Assembly: GCA_964645245.1 (NCBI GenBank) | Contig: CAZYBS010000003.1 | Location: forward strand, 9,366-73,365 | Direction: 5' to 3' | DNA: 64,000 nt | DNA from: an uncultured Candidatus Saccharibacteria bacterium | GTDB taxonomy: Bacteria; Patescibacteriota; Minisyncoccia; Phycocordibacterales; UBA9973 | Shown: one piece after another, positions 62,693 to 64,000 of the stretch | Layout: each line of letters opens with the position of its first letter | Position numbering within the stretch: position 1 is the stretch's first letter | Translations under genes and position numbers: made by a program | Notes under the pieces: model-generated | What the model saw: the letters and a program-made list of their open reading frames with translations, nothing else | What the model was told of the DNA's origin: nothing | Database searches by the model: none

Positions 62693-63127
62693 ATGAAACA
62701 CCCCAAGAAACATAGAAAAAGAGTAATAAGGCACGCTGAAAAAGGTTCTTTGGTGAAGGGGTATCTTGAGAAAAAAGATAGAAAGGGGTTTGAACTTCTT
62801 TTACCACGATATAGAGAAGTTATAGGGGACAGCTCTGGAATTTATGCTCTGTATAAAAGAAAAAAACTTTACTATGTCGGCATTGCTCAAAATTTGTTGG
62901 GTAGAGTTGAGCATCACACTAGAGGCAAACATAAAAATCGCTGGGACAAAGTTAGTTTTTTCGTAATAGATAAACACCGATATAGCAAAGACATAGAAAC
63001 CATTATTTTGAGAATAGCCGAACCGAGAGGCAACGGCACGAGGGGCAAGTTTGAGAAACACTACGAACTTCAGGACAAATTACATAAGATACAGAGAGAG
63101 ATGAAAGATTTGATTAAAAGAATATAA
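62693..63127 (+). CDS. GIY-YIG domain protein
   Basis: SGIYALY...LYYVGIAQNLLGRVEHH...IET...PRGN. Confidence 0.75.
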   Translation: MKHPKKHRKRVIRHAEKGSLVKGYLEKKDRKGFELLLPRYREVIGDSSGIYALYKRKKLYYVGIAQNLLGRVEHHTRGKHKNRWDKVSFFVIDKHRYSKDIETIILRIAEPRGNGTRGKFEKHYELQDKLHKIQREMKDLIKRI

Positions 63128-63135
63128 AGAACCAT

Positions 63136-63168
63136 ACAAAGAACTTCCAATATGGGAGTTTTTTGTTT
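63136..63168 (+). terminator. Intrinsic terminator
   Basis: gaacttcc-aatat-gggagttt followed by T tract. Confidence 0.55.
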
Positions 63169-63219
63169 TCAAACAATAGTGAGTAGCGTGGTGGGTGGAA
63201 AAACGATATAATCGTAAAT

Positions 63220-63801
63220 ATGAAAATAGTAAGACCTTCCTCCAAACAACCTCTCCCAGAAAATGCCAAGTTAGTTTTCAAGGGCATTATTTTTGATACT
63301 TATCAATGGGAAGTGGACGGCTATGATGGCAGTAGAAAGATTTTTGAGAAATTAAAGCGTCCCGATACCGCGATGATTATTCCAATTACCGAAGATGGCA
63401 AAATTATTCTTGCTCTGCAAGAACAGCCGCACAAACCGCCATTCATAGGGACTGTAGGAGGCAGGGTTGATGAGGGTGAAGATGTTTTAGAAGCCGCCAA
63501 ACGGGAGCTTTTGGAAGAAACGGGTTATATTGCAAAAGAGTGGTTGCTTTTTGATGCCGTCCAGCCCGTTAGTAAAATTGAATGGGCAGTTTATACTTTT
63601 ATTGCCAAAGGTTGTAAGAAAGTTGCAGAACAGAACCTAGACGGTGCTGAAAAAATTGAGTTAAAATTTATCAGCTTTGAGGAATTTATTAACCTAGCCA
63701 TAAATGACGATAAGTTTGGGGATGAGTTCAAGATAAAGATTTTAGAGGCGAAACTTAATCCAAACAAAATGGCTGAAATTAAAAAGCTAATTTTAGGATA
63801 A
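63220..63801 (+). CDS. NUDIX hydrolase (ADP-ribose pyrophosphatase-like)
   Basis: GGRVDEGEDVLEAAKRELLEETGY Nudix box. Confidence 0.9.
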   Translation: MKIVRPSSKQPLPENAKLVFKGIIFDTYQWEVDGYDGSRKIFEKLKRPDTAMIIPITEDGKIILALQEQPHKPPFIGTVGGRVDEGEDVLEAAKRELLEETGYIAKEWLLFDAVQPVSKIEWAVYTFIAKGCKKVAEQNLDGAEKIELKFISFEEFINLAINDDKFGDEFKIKILEAKLNPNKMAEIKKLILG

Positions 63802-63805
63802 AAAT

Positions 63806-64000
63806 ATGAAAACAATTTTAGTAGATGCCATAGACGGTTTTGTGATAGAGGGAAAAGGTGTTTTCAAAGAAATGTATGACCTACTTGAAACCTTCCCGAA
63901 CAGAAAAATTATTTTAACTGGTGCAAAGTATGGAAAATTCAAAGAGTTGGGGTTAGCCAATATGCCCTATGCAGTTTTTACATTGGAACACAGCCCTGAA
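63806..64000 (+). CDS. Hypothetical HAD-like protein (runs off window)
   Basis: MKTILVDA start, IILTGA; open to window end. Confidence 0.55.
   Translation, partial: MKTILVDAIDGFVIEGKGVFKEMYDLLETFPNRKIILTGAKYGKFKELGLANMPYAVFTLEHSPE

Overview
AT-rich, gene-dense bacterial chromosome segment read with genetic code 11. Gene content and streamlined proteins point to Patescibacteria/CPR, probably Parcubacteria (inference). It carries a type IV pilus locus (pilC, pilins, pilD) and the housekeeping genes ligA, a UvrD-nuclease fusion, trhO, pheS, gyrB, thrS, rpmF-nusB-rnc-smc, rnr, rpsP-khpA-trmD, rpoBC-dnaG-rpoD, tsf-rpsB, proS-mreBC and rnpB. There is a polyamine gene trio and four tRNAs (Ser, Thr, Ala, and an Asn split by a group I intron). 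The most striking signal is at least six families of short GC-rich palindromic elements (about 18-90 bp, mostly multiples of 3). They sit in frame inside essential genes (ligA, rpoB, rpoC, dnaG, proS, mreC, trmD, smc, uvrD, pilins), also occur intergenically in either orientation, and nest inside each other. Candidate mobilisers in the window are two REP-flanked HUH/Y1 transposases, two small GIY-YIG genes that take their stop codon from tRNA 5' ends next to duplicated tRNA fragments, and a PaaX-like gene bracketed by 36-bp palindromes. A short Smc appears to carry a Rad50-like CXXC hook instead of a hinge. All calls are by eye; no searches were run.
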